A stretch of 64,000 nucleotides of DNA from assembly GCA_044375955.1 (NCBI GenBank), contig JBILLS010000003.1, forward strand, positions 2,471 through 66,470, given 5' to 3'. This document shows, one piece after another, positions 9,300 through 18,988 of the stretch (within the stretch, counting starts at the first letter, position 1; every line of letters begins with the position of its first letter). A program made the position numbers and the translations under genes. The notes beneath the pieces were generated by a model. It saw only the letters and a program-made list of their open reading frames with translations, had not been told where the DNA came from and made no database searches. The stretch is from Candidatus Nanopelagicales bacterium. GTDB taxonomy: Bacteria; Actinomycetota; Actinomycetes; S36-B12.

Positions 9300-10076
9300 A
9301 TGGCGACGGCGACCGAGATTCCACCGCCACCTCACCCGCTTTCCCCCGCGAAGATGAAGCGCTGGGACCTCCTGAAGACGTACGAAGCCAAGACCACGAC
9401 CGCGCTGTCGGTGCTCGCTTTGGTCTACCTGTTCACCTTCACGGCCCAGGCGATTTGGTTCTACCCCCAGCAAGCCTGGTTCCAATACATGCAGCTGTTC
9501 GGCTACTTGCTGTGGCTGCTGTTCGCTATCGATCTGCTGTTCCGATTCACCATTGACCCCATCAAGCGTTCCTTCTTCCGCAACAACGCCCTCGACACCA
9601 TCACCGTGGTCATTCCGCAACTGCGCGCTCTGCGCGCTCTGCGTGCGTTCACCAGTAAGGGCATCTTCTCGCGCGGCAAAACAGGGAGCATCCTCACCAG
9701 CGGTGGGATCACCTCGGGAATCCTGGCCGTCCTCCTGATCGTGTGGGTGGGCGGCCTGATGGTGCTCAATGCCGAGCGCGGAGCCCCTGGTGCAGAGATC
9801 GACAACTTCGGTGACGCGATCTGGTGGGGCTTCGAGACGATTACTACGGTCGGCTACGGGGACTTCGTGCCCGTTACCGGCTTGGGTCGATTCTTCGCCG
9901 TGATGATCATGTTCGTCGGCATCGGCGTGCTCAGCACCGTGACCGCCACGGTCGCAGCGAGCCTGGCCCGCAACAAGACCTCTCCGCCCGATCCCAGCCA
10001 GGAAGTCCTGGCTGAACTCAGTGAGCTGAAGAGCATGGTTGCCTCGTTGCAGGCCAAGCTCGATGCGAAGTCCTAA
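9300..10076 (+). CDS. Kv-like potassium channel (ion transport family) with a C-terminal coiled coil
   Basis: Selectivity filter TTVGYGDF and an S4-like RALRALRAF segment. Confidence 0.85.
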   Translation: MATATEIPPPPHPLSPAKMKRWDLLKTYEAKTTTALSVLALVYLFTFTAQAIWFYPQQAWFQYMQLFGYLLWLLFAIDLLFRFTIDPIKRSFFRNNALDTITVVIPQLRALRALRAFTSKGIFSRGKTGSILTSGGITSGILAVLLIVWVGGLMVLNAERGAPGAEIDNFGDAIWWGFETITTVGYGDFVPVTGLGRFFAVMIMFVGIGVLSTVTATVAASLARNKTSPPDPSQEVLAELSELKSMVASLQAKLDAKS

Positions 10077-10765
10077 CCCTTGGCGTTCACTCGCTGGGTG
10101 GCCAACGCGAGGGTTCCATCCGTGGCAGATCCCCAGGCGTAGACGATGGTGTTGAAGGGCCGCACGGCATTGACCTGCGTCGGACCGAGCACCACCGCGT
10201 CGTTGTTCGCCAGGGACACCGTGATCGCGTAAGTCGCCGCGGTGACTCGCTTGGTGGCGGACGCTCCATTGGTCAGAGCGCCGAAGACGACTTCGCCGTT
10301 CGCACGGAAGTCCACCGCCGGGGCTGCAGCGATGTGGCGCACCGTCAACCGACCGAAGCCCACCGGGTTCTTCGCGGAACAGTCCGCAAACCGGTTCGTC
10401 GTCGGTGCTCCCGTGGCGTCGAGGTTCGCGGTGATCGTGGAACAGGTTCCCGCGAGGAACACTGCGTTGTCGATCGCGAGCAGCGGTTGGCCGGAGCCCG
10501 GCATGGAGCCATCGGCGTAGATGCCGATGTCATAGGTCCCCTGTCGCACCTTCAATGTGCGAAGTTGACCAGGGGTGAGGTTGTTGAGAAGTCGTATATC
10601 CCCTGCATAGACGTCGACGACATCTGCTCCCTTACCTGCGGGGATGGCGTGGAGGACGGAAACGGTGGCCTTGTTGTTATTCGGCGCAGCACTCACCGCC
10701 GGTGCGGTCACGCTGAGACCGACTAGTGCCGCCGCGAATGCGGCAAGTAAACGTACGCGAGACAT
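10073..10765 (-). CDS. Secreted DUF4397 domain protein
   Basis: Signal peptide MSRVRLLAAFAAALVGLSVTAPAVSA, followed by the SVLHAIP...VDVY...G pattern typical of DUF4397. Start trimmed from 10819 to the ATG at 10765. Confidence 0.75.
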   Translation of the reverse strand: MSRVRLLAAFAAALVGLSVTAPAVSAAPNNNKATVSVLHAIPAGKGADVVDVYAGDIRLLNNLTPGQLRTLKVRQGTYDIGIYADGSMPGSGQPLLAIDNAVFLAGTCSTITANLDATGAPTTNRFADCSAKNPVGFGRLTVRHIAAAPAVDFRANGEVVFGALTNGASATKRVTAATYAITVSLANNDAVVLGPTQVNAVRPFNTIVYAWGSATDGTLALATQRVNAKG

Positions 10766-10894
10766 GGAACCTGCTTTCGGTAGATGGACAATCCCACTGT
10801 CTCGATCCACATTCGGCACTGCACGCGGAATGGACGCCGAAAGACGTCATTGCCTGGATATGTTCAGATGCCCTGCTGCTGGAATACTCGCGCC

Positions 10895-11197
10895 GTGGCA
10901 ACGAGTTTCACGTTCACCTCGACGGTGTGGCTGTTTAAGGGTGATTCCGCCTGGCACTTCGTGAGTCTCCCCGAGGACATCGCGGATGAGATCGCCGATC
11001 TCATGGAGGGGCGGCTTCGCGGTTTCGGCAGCGTTCGCGTGGAAGTGACCTCGCAGGACACCACGTGGAGCACATCGATCTTCCCGGACAGGAAATCCGG
11101 CACTTACATTCTTCCGCTGAAGAAGCAGGTGCGAGAGCAGCTGAAGATCGCTGAGGGTTCACGGGTGAAACTCACCGTGCGCGTCATCGCCGACTGA
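10895..11197 (+). CDS. DUF1905 domain protein
   Basis: WHFVSLPEDIADEI ... GFGSVRVEVT ... WSTSIFPDRKSGTYILPLKKQVR matches the DUF1905 pattern. GTG start at 10895 chosen because the upstream ORF extension overlaps the divergent gene. Confidence 0.7.
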   Translation: MATSFTFTSTVWLFKGDSAWHFVSLPEDIADEIADLMEGRLRGFGSVRVEVTSQDTTWSTSIFPDRKSGTYILPLKKQVREQLKIAEGSRVKLTVRVIAD

Positions 11198-11200
11198 CAG

Positions 11201-11272
11201 TGGGTCGCCCGGGGCTCGAACCCGGAACCTACGGATTAAAAGTCCGCAGCTCTACCGTTGAGCTAGCGACCC
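11201..11272 (-). tRNA. tRNA-Lys (anticodon TTT)
   Basis: Hand-folded cloverleaf: acceptor GGGTCGC/GCGACCC, anticodon arm GCGGA-CTTTTAA-TCCGT, T-arm CCGGG-TTCGAGC-CCCGG. Confidence 0.9.
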
Positions 11273-11330
11273 GAGTTCCACGAGGGAGCGCAAGCGTATC
11301 CGGGTGTGAGATGCCCACCGGGTCTCGCGC

Positions 11331-12194
11331 CTACGGGGTCCAGGACCACGCACCTGGAATCGTGCGCTGACGCATCGTGCCCAAGCCTTCGATGCTGGAT
11401 TCCACGACCTGCCCCGCGCTCAGGAAAACCTGGGGATCGCGCCCGATGCCGACACCGGCCGGTGTTCCGGTGACGATCACGTCGCCGGGGAAGAGCGTGG
11501 TGACGGACGAGAGGTACTCGATCAGCACGGGCACGGGGAAGATCAGATCGTCGGTGTTGCTGTCCTGCATGCGCTCACCGTCGATGTCACACCACAGGCG
11601 CAGGGCGTCGGGGTTGGGGACTTCGTCAGTGGTGACGACCCACGGGCCCAGCGGGAGGAAACCGGGGAAACTCTTGCCAAGACTGAACTGCGGAGCTCCC
11701 TTGGGTGTCATCTGGACGTCGCGCGCGCTGTAGTCCTGCGCGACAGCGAGGCCTGCGACCTGTGACCAGGCCCGTTCACGGGAGACGTTGCGTGTGGATG
11801 CTCCGATGATGACGGCCAGTTCGATCTCCCAGTCGACCTTCTCAGTTGCGACGACCAGGTCCGCGTAGGGATCGGCGATCGCGGACGGGAACTTGGTGAA
11901 GACCATCGGGACTTCTGGAATGGCCAGGCCGGATTCGATCGCGTGCAGGCGGTAGTTCAGCCCGATGGCGAACACCTGGCGCGGGGCGGGCACCGGGCAG
12001 GTGACGCGGGATTCGTCGAGTGTGACGGGAGGCGCACCATCACTGGCAGTGCCCGCCCACGCGCGCACCTCGTCCCACCGGGCGAGCACGTCCATGGGAT
12101 CGGAGGGGAGGGATCCCTTGCTGCCTTCGGCGACGTCGACGAGTCGATCGCCGATCTGGATGTGGGCGCGGCCCTCTAGGGCTGTCATGCGCAT
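11331..12194 (-). CDS. FAH family protein (second paralog in the window)
   Basis: FAIGLNYRLH, WEIELAVIIG, GLAVAQDYSARD and PGDVIVTGTPAG motifs. Confidence 0.85.
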   Translation of the reverse strand: MRMTALEGRAHIQIGDRLVDVAEGSKGSLPSDPMDVLARWDEVRAWAGTASDGAPPVTLDESRVTCPVPAPRQVFAIGLNYRLHAIESGLAIPEVPMVFTKFPSAIADPYADLVVATEKVDWEIELAVIIGASTRNVSRERAWSQVAGLAVAQDYSARDVQMTPKGAPQFSLGKSFPGFLPLGPWVVTTDEVPNPDALRLWCDIDGERMQDSNTDDLIFPVPVLIEYLSSVTTLFPGDVIVTGTPAGVGIGRDPQVFLSAGQVVESSIEGLGTMRQRTIPGAWSWTP

Positions 12195-12266
12195 GGGTGA
12201 TCCCTTCGCTGGGTGGGGGCTGAATTCTGCCCGTCGGTCCCGGTCATCCCCAGCGAGGGTGCAGGG

Positions 12267-13484
12267 TTACCAGCGGACGACGACGTTCGTGGGGCGGCGG
12301 AAAGCGAACCCGGAGGGGGGTCCTGCGGAGACCAGTTCCAGCGTGGGTAAGCGGGTGATCAACTGCTCGACGGCGATCGTGGTTTGCAGGCGCGCCATAT
12401 GGATCCCGAGGCAGGCGTGCGGGCCGAAAGAAAATGAGAGCCCCTTGTTGGAGTTATCGCGATGGATATCGAATCTGTTGGGATCGGGAAAGGTCGCCGG
12501 GTCACGGTTCGTTGCGACCACCGAGATGCCGATGAATTCATGGGCCGGGATCTCGACTCCCGCGATCACCTTCTCGCCCTCCGTCCAGCGTTCCATGAAC
12601 GCGACCGGTGGGAGCAGACGTCGGGCCTCTTCCTGCGTGTTGGCCAACAGCCCCGGGTCCCGCCTGACCTGTTCGAGTTGATCTGGGTGTTCAAGCAGAA
12701 GGGTGAGGGTGGTCAAGACGGAGGCCTGAATTGTCTCGATCGCACCGAACATCACCACGCGCAACTGGGCGACGATCTCGTCGTCGGTCAGCCCCTGCGA
12801 GTCCTGGGCGAGCAGGCCGGTCAGGGAGTGGCCCGGGTTGAGCCGGTTGCGCTGAAGTTCGGGCAGCAGGATCGCGTTGAGTTGCTCGCACGCCGCCTCG
12901 GCTCGTCGAATCGGTTCAGGATCCCCGTCGTAGTCCATCCCACCGGCAATCGCGGAATAGATCGACGTCATCGCCGGGATGTCATCCAGGGACAAACCCA
13001 GTGACTGGCCTGCGGTGCGAATGGCGAAGGGTGCCGCGAACGCATCATCGAGCTCGACCTCGCCGTCGTCGACGAACGCATCGATCAGTTCGGTCACCAA
13101 CTCGAGAAGTGGCGCCGCGTAGTAGTCCTGCACCACGCTTCCCTTGAAGGGTCCCTCGAAGGGTTTGCGCATGCGGGCCTGCTCGTCGCCGTCGACGGTG
13201 AGCATCATGCGCCCGGCCGCTGCCCGCACGAGATTCTGTTCGGCCTCGACTGTGAGTCCAGCATTGCGGGCCAGCACCTCGCGCGCGGCATCGCGCCCCG
13301 TCACCAGCCACCCGCCGATAGCCGGGGCCCACGTGATCGGCTCGGTCTCGCGGACGTAATCGAGAGCCCCCTCGCGTCCGGCTACCGCGATGTCGTCGAA
13401 CTCGAGGGCGGCACCGCGTGGGAAACGCTCCCGCCGCTCGGCGTCCTCGGCGTCGGAGACGGTGCGCTGGGTGAGGAGGGTCTC
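12267..13484 (-). CDS. Cytochrome P450
   Basis: Heme-binding loop FSFGPHACLG and an ExxR helix-K motif. Start placed at METLLTQ (13484); the track ORF extends to 13517. Confidence 0.9.
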   Translation of the reverse strand, partial: ETLLTQRTVSDAEDAERRERFPRGAALEFDDIAVAGREGALDYVRETEPITWAPAIGGWLVTGRDAAREVLARNAGLTVEAEQNLVRAAAGRMMLTVDGDEQARMRKPFEGPFKGSVVQDYYAAPLLELVTELIDAFVDDGEVELDDAFAAPFAIRTAGQSLGLSLDDIPAMTSIYSAIAGGMDYDGDPEPIRRAEAACEQLNAILLPELQRNRLNPGHSLTGLLAQDSQGLTDDEIVAQLRVVMFGAIETIQASVLTTLTLLLEHPDQLEQVRRDPGLLANTQEEARRLLPPVAFMERWTEGEKVIAGVEIPAHEFIGISVVATNRDPATFPDPNRFDIHRDNSNKGLSFSFGPHACLGIHMARLQTTIAVEQLITRLPTLELVSAGPPSGFAFRRPTNVVVRW

Positions 13485-13531
13485 CATGGCCGGAACCGTA
13501 ATACGGCCAGACAGCACGGGTCCCCGGAAGG

Positions 13532-14722
13532 TTGAATACGCCCGTGACCTCCTTCACCGAGACGATCACCGTCGAGGATCTCGACTCCGATCCCTATCCC
13601 ATCTATGCCCGGCTGCGCGCCGAGCAGCCGGTCGCGTGGGTGCCCGCGGTGAACTGTTGGCTGGTCACCCGCCAGAAGGACGTCGAGTTCGTCACCAAGC
13701 GATCCGAGCTGTTCACCGCCGAGGCCCCGGATGCCCCCGTGGACCGCTCCTTCGGTGGCCGCACGCTGATGACGATGGACGGCCCCGAGCACCTGGAGTT
13801 GCGACGCACCCTGGACGAGAAGTTCCGGCCGAAGAAGGTCGCCGAGTACATCGACGACCTGGTGACCCCGATCGCCGAGGAGTACGTCGCGCGTGTGCTG
13901 GCCAAGGGTGATCGTCACGCGGAGTTGGTGGTCGAGTACTTCGAGCCGATCAGCGTGCTCGCACTCGCCCGCGTCCTTGGACTCGGTCACATGTCCGCCG
14001 AGCGCCTGCAGGACTGGTTCCGCGGTCTATCCCAGGGCGCGACGAACTTCGAGAACGACCCGGAGAAGGCCGCGGCGAATGATGCAGCAGCCGCCGACAT
14101 CGACGCCGAGTTGCGTCCCTTGATGCAGCGGTGGCAGACCGAGCCCGATGACTCCGCGATCGCCGCGATGGTCACCCACGGGTGCCCGGTCGGAAGTTTT
14201 CGACAGATCGAGTACCTGTTGCCGTCGATCAAGGTGATCCTGCTCGGCGGGATGCAGGAACCCGGGCACGGCGCCGCGTCCTGCCTGGCGGCACTGCTCA
14301 TGCACCCGGACCAGATGCAGTACGTGCGGGAGCACCCGGAGAAGTGGGACGACGTGGTGAACGAGGCACTGCGCTGGATGGCACCCATCGGAACCATGCA
14401 GGCGACCGCGGTGGAGGACGTGGAGCTGGGTGGTGTGGTGATCCCGAAGGGTGACCTGGTCTCCGCGGTTGTCTCCAGCGCATGCCACGACGAGTCCGTG
14501 TTCGAGGATCCCGCGCGCTTCGACATCCATCGCCCACGACAAGGGAATGCTGCCTTCGGATTCGGCGCACACTTCTGCGCGGGTCATCAATTCGCGCGTG
14601 ACCTGGAGCGCATCAGCCTGCAGACCATCGTCGATGCGATGCCGACCATGGAACTCACTGCACCGGTTTCGTTCTTCGGCTGGGAATTCCGCGCACCCAC
14701 CGCACTACGCGTGCGCTGGTGA
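13532..14722 (+). CDS. Cytochrome P450
   Basis: Heme loop FGFGAHFCAG and I-helix-like GGMQEPGHG. Divergent from the other P450. TTG start at 13532, or GTG at 13544. Confidence 0.9.
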   Translation: MNTPVTSFTETITVEDLDSDPYPIYARLRAEQPVAWVPAVNCWLVTRQKDVEFVTKRSELFTAEAPDAPVDRSFGGRTLMTMDGPEHLELRRTLDEKFRPKKVAEYIDDLVTPIAEEYVARVLAKGDRHAELVVEYFEPISVLALARVLGLGHMSAERLQDWFRGLSQGATNFENDPEKAAANDAAAADIDAELRPLMQRWQTEPDDSAIAAMVTHGCPVGSFRQIEYLLPSIKVILLGGMQEPGHGAASCLAALLMHPDQMQYVREHPEKWDDVVNEALRWMAPIGTMQATAVEDVELGGVVIPKGDLVSAVVSSACHDESVFEDPARFDIHRPRQGNAAFGFGAHFCAGHQFARDLERISLQTIVDAMPTMELTAPVSFFGWEFRAPTALRVRW

Positions 14723-14725
14723 CGA

Positions 14726-15157
14726 TTACGAAGTGATGACGCCCTTCTGCAGGATGAAGCAGCTGTAGGGCGCGGATTCGAGTGTGTGGACCACGGCGTA
14801 ACAGTCGCGCGCCCGCTCATAGAACTCCAGGCGCGGGATCACACCGTAGGAAATTGAACGTCCCTCGAGTTGGGTCGCGGTGGCGAGCACCTCCCGCTGC
14901 ACGTCGGTGACGATCGACGGGTCATCGAACGCCTCCATGCGTTCCAGCGGGCGCTCGATGAAGGAGTCGAGGGGAAAGACACTCAGGATCGCGCGGAGCG
15001 CGCGCACGACACCCACCTCGCCAAGGCGGATGACCGGCTTCCCGCTTGCCGCAGCGGGGTAGTTCGAATCGACAACAAGCAATCGATCGGCGTGGCCCAT
15101 GTCGTCGAGGATCTTGAGTAGGTCACCACTCAGGAGTGGATCGACGCCCTTGAGCAT
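14726..15157 (-). CDS. RbsD/FucU family sugar mutarotase
   Basis: N-terminal MLKGVDPLLSGDLLKILDDMGHADRLLVVDSNYPA is the family signature region; 143 aa. Confidence 0.8.
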   Translation of the reverse strand: MLKGVDPLLSGDLLKILDDMGHADRLLVVDSNYPAAASGKPVIRLGEVGVVRALRAILSVFPLDSFIERPLERMEAFDDPSIVTDVQREVLATATQLEGRSISYGVIPRLEFYERARDCYAVVHTLESAPYSCFILQKGVITS

Positions 15158-15185
15158 GTGGACTCCTCGCTCGCTTGACGCGACC

Positions 15186-15746
15186 CTAGCGGGAACGCGT
15201 CGACGGCGGACAGATGCGCTCGATCAGCTTCGCCGGGTCGATTGCTGCGGATTCCCCACCACTGCGCCAGTACTCGAAGTGCAAATGAACGGAGCCGGGT
15301 GAGCCGGTATCGCCCATGAGCCCGATCACCTGACCAGCCGTGACCCGGTCGCCACCGTCGACGAATACCTCATCCATGTGCCCGTAGTAGTACTTCGGGC
15401 CGCCATCACCCTTCATGACGATCTGCAGGGAACCGTTGCTCTGCTTCTTGGTGCGGTCGATGCGTCCATCCTCCACCGCGAAGATCGCGGTTCCGCGGGG
15501 AGAGTGCAGGTCGATGCCCCGGTGCTTGCGGTTACCCCGATCCGCACCCCACCCGTCACCGATCCAGAAGTCCTTGGTCGGACAGACGCGCCCGCGCACC
15601 TCTTCGGGAGCCTCGAACTGTGGGTCCGCGGGGTCCGCCCCGAGGGAGCCGCCACCGTCGGTTTCGGACTTGTGGTTCGCCGCCGCGGGGGCAGCGGAGC
15701 CCACGAGGGCAACGACGGCTGCGAGGGCCACCAGGCTGGCGCGCAT
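15186..15746 (-). CDS. Secreted M23 family metallopeptidase
   Basis: Signal peptide, HRGIDL and GDTGSPGSVHLHFE zinc-ligand motifs. Confidence 0.85.
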   Translation of the reverse strand: MRASLVALAAVVALVGSAAPAAANHKSETDGGGSLGADPADPQFEAPEEVRGRVCPTKDFWIGDGWGADRGNRKHRGIDLHSPRGTAIFAVEDGRIDRTKKQSNGSLQIVMKGDGGPKYYYGHMDEVFVDGGDRVTAGQVIGLMGDTGSPGSVHLHFEYWRSGGESAAIDPAKLIERICPPSTRSR

Positions 15747-15755
15747 CCCGCGACG

Positions 15756-16673
15756 TTACCTATTCGTTATCTCCCCCGCACCCGGGGGGGTCACCCGGGC
15801 GCTGATAGCCGCAGCGAATCGGTCCGCGGCCTGCGGGTCGGTGACCAGGAACACCGACGGCTCGACCAACTCCACCTCCAGCACCTGAGGGGAACCCGAT
15901 TCGTCATCGATCAGGTCCACCCGGGCGTACAGGAACGGCCATGTCCCGGTCCGCGCGCGCGCCGTGGCCAAGGCGGCGTCGGCGACCGCCCGCTGGGCGG
16001 GGGTGGCCTGCCGAGGCGAGATGGCCTCCTTGATGAAAAGGAACTCGGTGGACGCCTGCGCGTGCATCTCGCGCGTCAGTAGTGGACCCTTGCGTGCGGC
16101 ATGGGAGAAGACACCATCGAAGTACAACAGCGCTGTCTCCCCCGCCGTGTCCACCGCGTCGAGGTAGGGCTGCACCATCACGCAGCGACCTTCCGCATGG
16201 AGGCGCCGAATGTGTCCGTCGGCGCGCTCGGTGTCACCGGGGCCGTAGCGGGCAGTGTTACGAGACCCGGCGGAGTTGGTGGGCTTGATCACGTACTCCC
16301 CCAAGGTGGGAAGTGACCACGAGTCACCCGGCTCGATGAACGTGGTCTGGACGCACGGCACACCGTCGTCGGCCAGGTCGCGCAGGTAGCGCTTGTCCAT
16401 CGACCACGCGAGCACGGCGCGCGGATTGAGGACCGGGGTGTCAGTAGCTACGTGATCGACCCATGCCAGGAATTCCGCACCACGCTCCGCGCAGTCCCAG
16501 GTCTGCCGGATGACCACCGCGTCGAAGGAACCCCAGTCGGCGGGCGCGTCCCAGACGAGGGGAACCGCGTCGATGCCCTGTGCATCGAGCGGGGCCAGCA
16601 GGAGCTGGTCATCCTCGTCGAGCGTTGCGTACTCCGCGCAGGTCGCCAGGGCGACCCGTCGCCGACTCGTCAC
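15756..16673 (-). CDS. ATP-grasp domain protein (RimK / glutathione synthetase-like)
   Basis: Size and pattern of the ATP-grasp fold (YVIKPTNSAGSR ... VMVQPYL ... ARVDLI ... LEVELVEPS). GTG start forms a GTGA overlap with the upstream lipoprotein gene. Confidence 0.65.
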   Translation of the reverse strand: MTSRRRVALATCAEYATLDEDDQLLLAPLDAQGIDAVPLVWDAPADWGSFDAVVIRQTWDCAERGAEFLAWVDHVATDTPVLNPRAVLAWSMDKRYLRDLADDGVPCVQTTFIEPGDSWSLPTLGEYVIKPTNSAGSRNTARYGPGDTERADGHIRRLHAEGRCVMVQPYLDAVDTAGETALLYFDGVFSHAARKGPLLTREMHAQASTEFLFIKEAISPRQATPAQRAVADAALATARARTGTWPFLYARVDLIDDESGSPQVLEVELVEPSVFLVTDPQAADRFAAAISARVTPPGAGEITNR

Positions 16674-17068
16674 TCCGTGACCGTGACCGCGATGTCGTAG
16701 GTGGTGTTGTCCGGGAGGGTGACGGTGATGACGGCATTACCCGGTGCGAGCGCCTTGGCGCCCGGGTTGTAGACCACACCCTCCTCGTCCCGCGCCTGGA
16801 AAATCTCCAGAATGTCGGTGTTCGGGGTGTCGATGGTGGTGCCGACGACTTCGTCCACGACGATGTCGATGAAGTCACCCACCACGGCGGTCGCCTCGGT
16901 CTGCCCCGGCTCCACGATGATCGGCGGGAGCATCTGCGTTGAGTTGGCAGGAGCCTCGTCCGTGGTCGCTGCCTCGCCGCCTGATCCCGACGAGCATCCC
17001 GCGAGGAGTCCGATGCTCATAATCGCCGCTGCGAGGGCGACTGAGCGGCGAGTGCGAAGAGCCGACAT
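16670..17068 (-). CDS. Lipoprotein, unknown function
   Basis: Lipobox (LLAGCSS) after a basic N-terminus. A strong RBS (AAGGAGG) lies 5 nt upstream of the ATG at 17068. The track ORF start at 17194 overlaps rpiB. Confidence 0.65.
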   Translation of the reverse strand: MSALRTRRSVALAAAIMSIGLLAGCSSGSGGEAATTDEAPANSTQMLPPIIVEPGQTEATAVVGDFIDIVVDEVVGTTIDTPNTDILEIFQARDEEGVVYNPGAKALAPGNAVITVTLPDNTTYDIAVTVTE

Positions 17069-17147
17069 GGGAACCTCCTTGATCCTGTGTGATCCGACTG
17101 TAGCGCGGGTGCGGTGGACTCTCGGGCTTCCCGCACCCCATCGTGAC

Positions 17148-17585
17148 TCAGCTGATCTCGTCCAACTGGGCGACGCGGGCGGCGTGGCGCCCACCCTCGA
17201 ACGGCGTGTCCAGGAACACGCGCAGTGACTCCCGGGCGAGGTGGGGTTCGGTTACCCGTTCCCCGAAGCACGCCACGTTGGCATCGTTATGCAGACGCGT
17301 CATCTGGGCATCCTGCTCATCACGGATGATCCCCGCGCGCACACCGTGCACCCTGTTGGCCGCCATGCAGATGCCCTGCCCGCTCCCGCAGACGAGGACA
17401 CCCCGTTCGACATCCCCGGAAGCAACGAGTCGGCCCACCTGCTCGCCGAACACCGGGTAGTCCACCCGTTCTGCGGAGTGCGTGCCCACGTCCGTGACAT
17501 CGTGTCCTTGATCACTGAGCCAGGCCTTGAGTTGCTCTTTCAGCGTGAATCCCGCGTGATCGGACCCGATGGCGATGCGCATCAT
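17148..17585 (-). CDS. rpiB: Ribose-5-phosphate isomerase B (RpiB/LacA/LacB family)
   Basis: MRIAIGSDHAGF and CGSGQGICMAANR motifs; 145 aa. Confidence 0.9.
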   Translation of the reverse strand: MMRIAIGSDHAGFTLKEQLKAWLSDQGHDVTDVGTHSAERVDYPVFGEQVGRLVASGDVERGVLVCGSGQGICMAANRVHGVRAGIIRDEQDAQMTRLHNDANVACFGERVTEPHLARESLRVFLDTPFEGGRHAARVAQLDEIS

Positions 17586-18988
17586 GACTCCTGTTGGGCT
17601 CGGACCTGCTCGAGGTGGTGATCGCGGCGTTCCGCCAGCATCGCGGTCATGCTCTCACGGGGAGTGATCAGGTCGCCGAGTTCCGGTGACGTCGGGTTGC
17701 ACGTGATGCCCTGGGCCAAGAGTCCAGCGCCGAGGACGGCGGCATCGGGTGCCGCCACAGGGGCGAGCGCGAGCCCTGTGGCGTCGGCGATCAATTGGCG
17801 GAAACGTGGATCGACGGTGCCCCCACCCACCAGCATCACCGGTTGCTCGAAGGGTCCATCACAGGCGGACACTGCCGCGCACGCCAGGGCGACCGCATGA
17901 GCGATGCCCTCCAGGGCGCTGCGCAGCAATGCCTGTCGATCGGTATGGAGTCCGATGCCGTGCCACGCACCGCGCAGCGACGCGTCCATGAACGGAGTCC
18001 GCTCACCGGCAAGGTAGGGCAGGAAGATCGGATCATCACCCCGCACATCGACATCCAGTGCGGCGTTCGCCTCCGCCACCGATGCACCCAGGAGATCCAG
18101 GATGCGCGTGAGCGCGACACCCGCGTTCTGCACGGCGCCGATGCGATAGAAGCCATCCTCGGGATCACCCGCGCACGCGAACAAGTGCGTTGCGTCGTCA
18201 AACGTGGTGTTGTCGGTGACGCGCACGATCTGGGCTCCGGAACCGACGGCGATGAATCCAGCGCCACGACGCAGCCCGAGGGCAGTGATGACGCACGCCG
18301 TGTCGGCGCCACCGATGACGGAGGGTCGCGTCACACCACCGATCACGATGTCGCCTCCCGAGGAGGTCGAAGCGACGATGGGTGCGAGGCGCCCGGAGTC
18401 GATTCCGAGCCAGGTGAGCATCTCCTCGGACCAGCGCTCGGTGGTCAGGTCGAACAGCAGCGTGCCCGAGGCATCGCTGCGCTCGGTGAACACCCCACCA
18501 CCGGCGCGGGCGCGCACCCAGTCCTTGACCTGCAGGAACCAGCGCGCGCGCGACCACACCTCGGGTTCGTTGTCCCGCACCCAGGCCAGAGAGGTCGCCG
18601 CGAATCCGGCAACGGGCCGGGAACCGAGGCGAGACCGTGCTTCCGCCGGCACCTCGCGCGCGATGCGATCGACGTAGCCGGCCCCGCGCGTGTCGGCCCA
18701 GGTGATCGCGGGACGCAGGGGGGTGAGGTCCTCGTCGACGATCACCACCCCGTGCATCTGGCCGGAGAATCCGACGGGCCCGACCGGGTCCCCCAGGTCG
18801 GCGAGGCTGTCCCGGGCCGCGGCCATCCAGGTCTCCGCGGGCATCTCGGCCCACCCGGGCCGGGGGCTCGCCAGCGGGTAGGAGTGTGAGGAAGCCCTCT
18901 CGATTTCCGGTTCCGCACCGGCACCGGAGCGAGACACAATGGCGGCCTTGAGCGAGCCCGTCCCCACATCGAGTCCGAGGGAGCCCAT
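17582..18988 (-). CDS. FGGY-family carbohydrate kinase (xylulokinase/gluconokinase-like, substrate unknown)
   Basis: Start placed at MGSLGLDVGTGSLKA (18988), the canonical FGGY N-terminus. C-terminal VGGGTVDPRF. ATGA overlap with rpiB. Confidence 0.85.
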   Translation of the reverse strand: MGSLGLDVGTGSLKAAIVSRSGAGAEPEIERASSHSYPLASPRPGWAEMPAETWMAAARDSLADLGDPVGPVGFSGQMHGVVIVDEDLTPLRPAITWADTRGAGYVDRIAREVPAEARSRLGSRPVAGFAATSLAWVRDNEPEVWSRARWFLQVKDWVRARAGGGVFTERSDASGTLLFDLTTERWSEEMLTWLGIDSGRLAPIVASTSSGGDIVIGGVTRPSVIGGADTACVITALGLRRGAGFIAVGSGAQIVRVTDNTTFDDATHLFACAGDPEDGFYRIGAVQNAGVALTRILDLLGASVAEANAALDVDVRGDDPIFLPYLAGERTPFMDASLRGAWHGIGLHTDRQALLRSALEGIAHAVALACAAVSACDGPFEQPVMLVGGGTVDPRFRQLIADATGLALAPVAAPDAAVLGAGLLAQGITCNPTSPELGDLITPRESMTAMLAERRDHHLEQVRAQQES

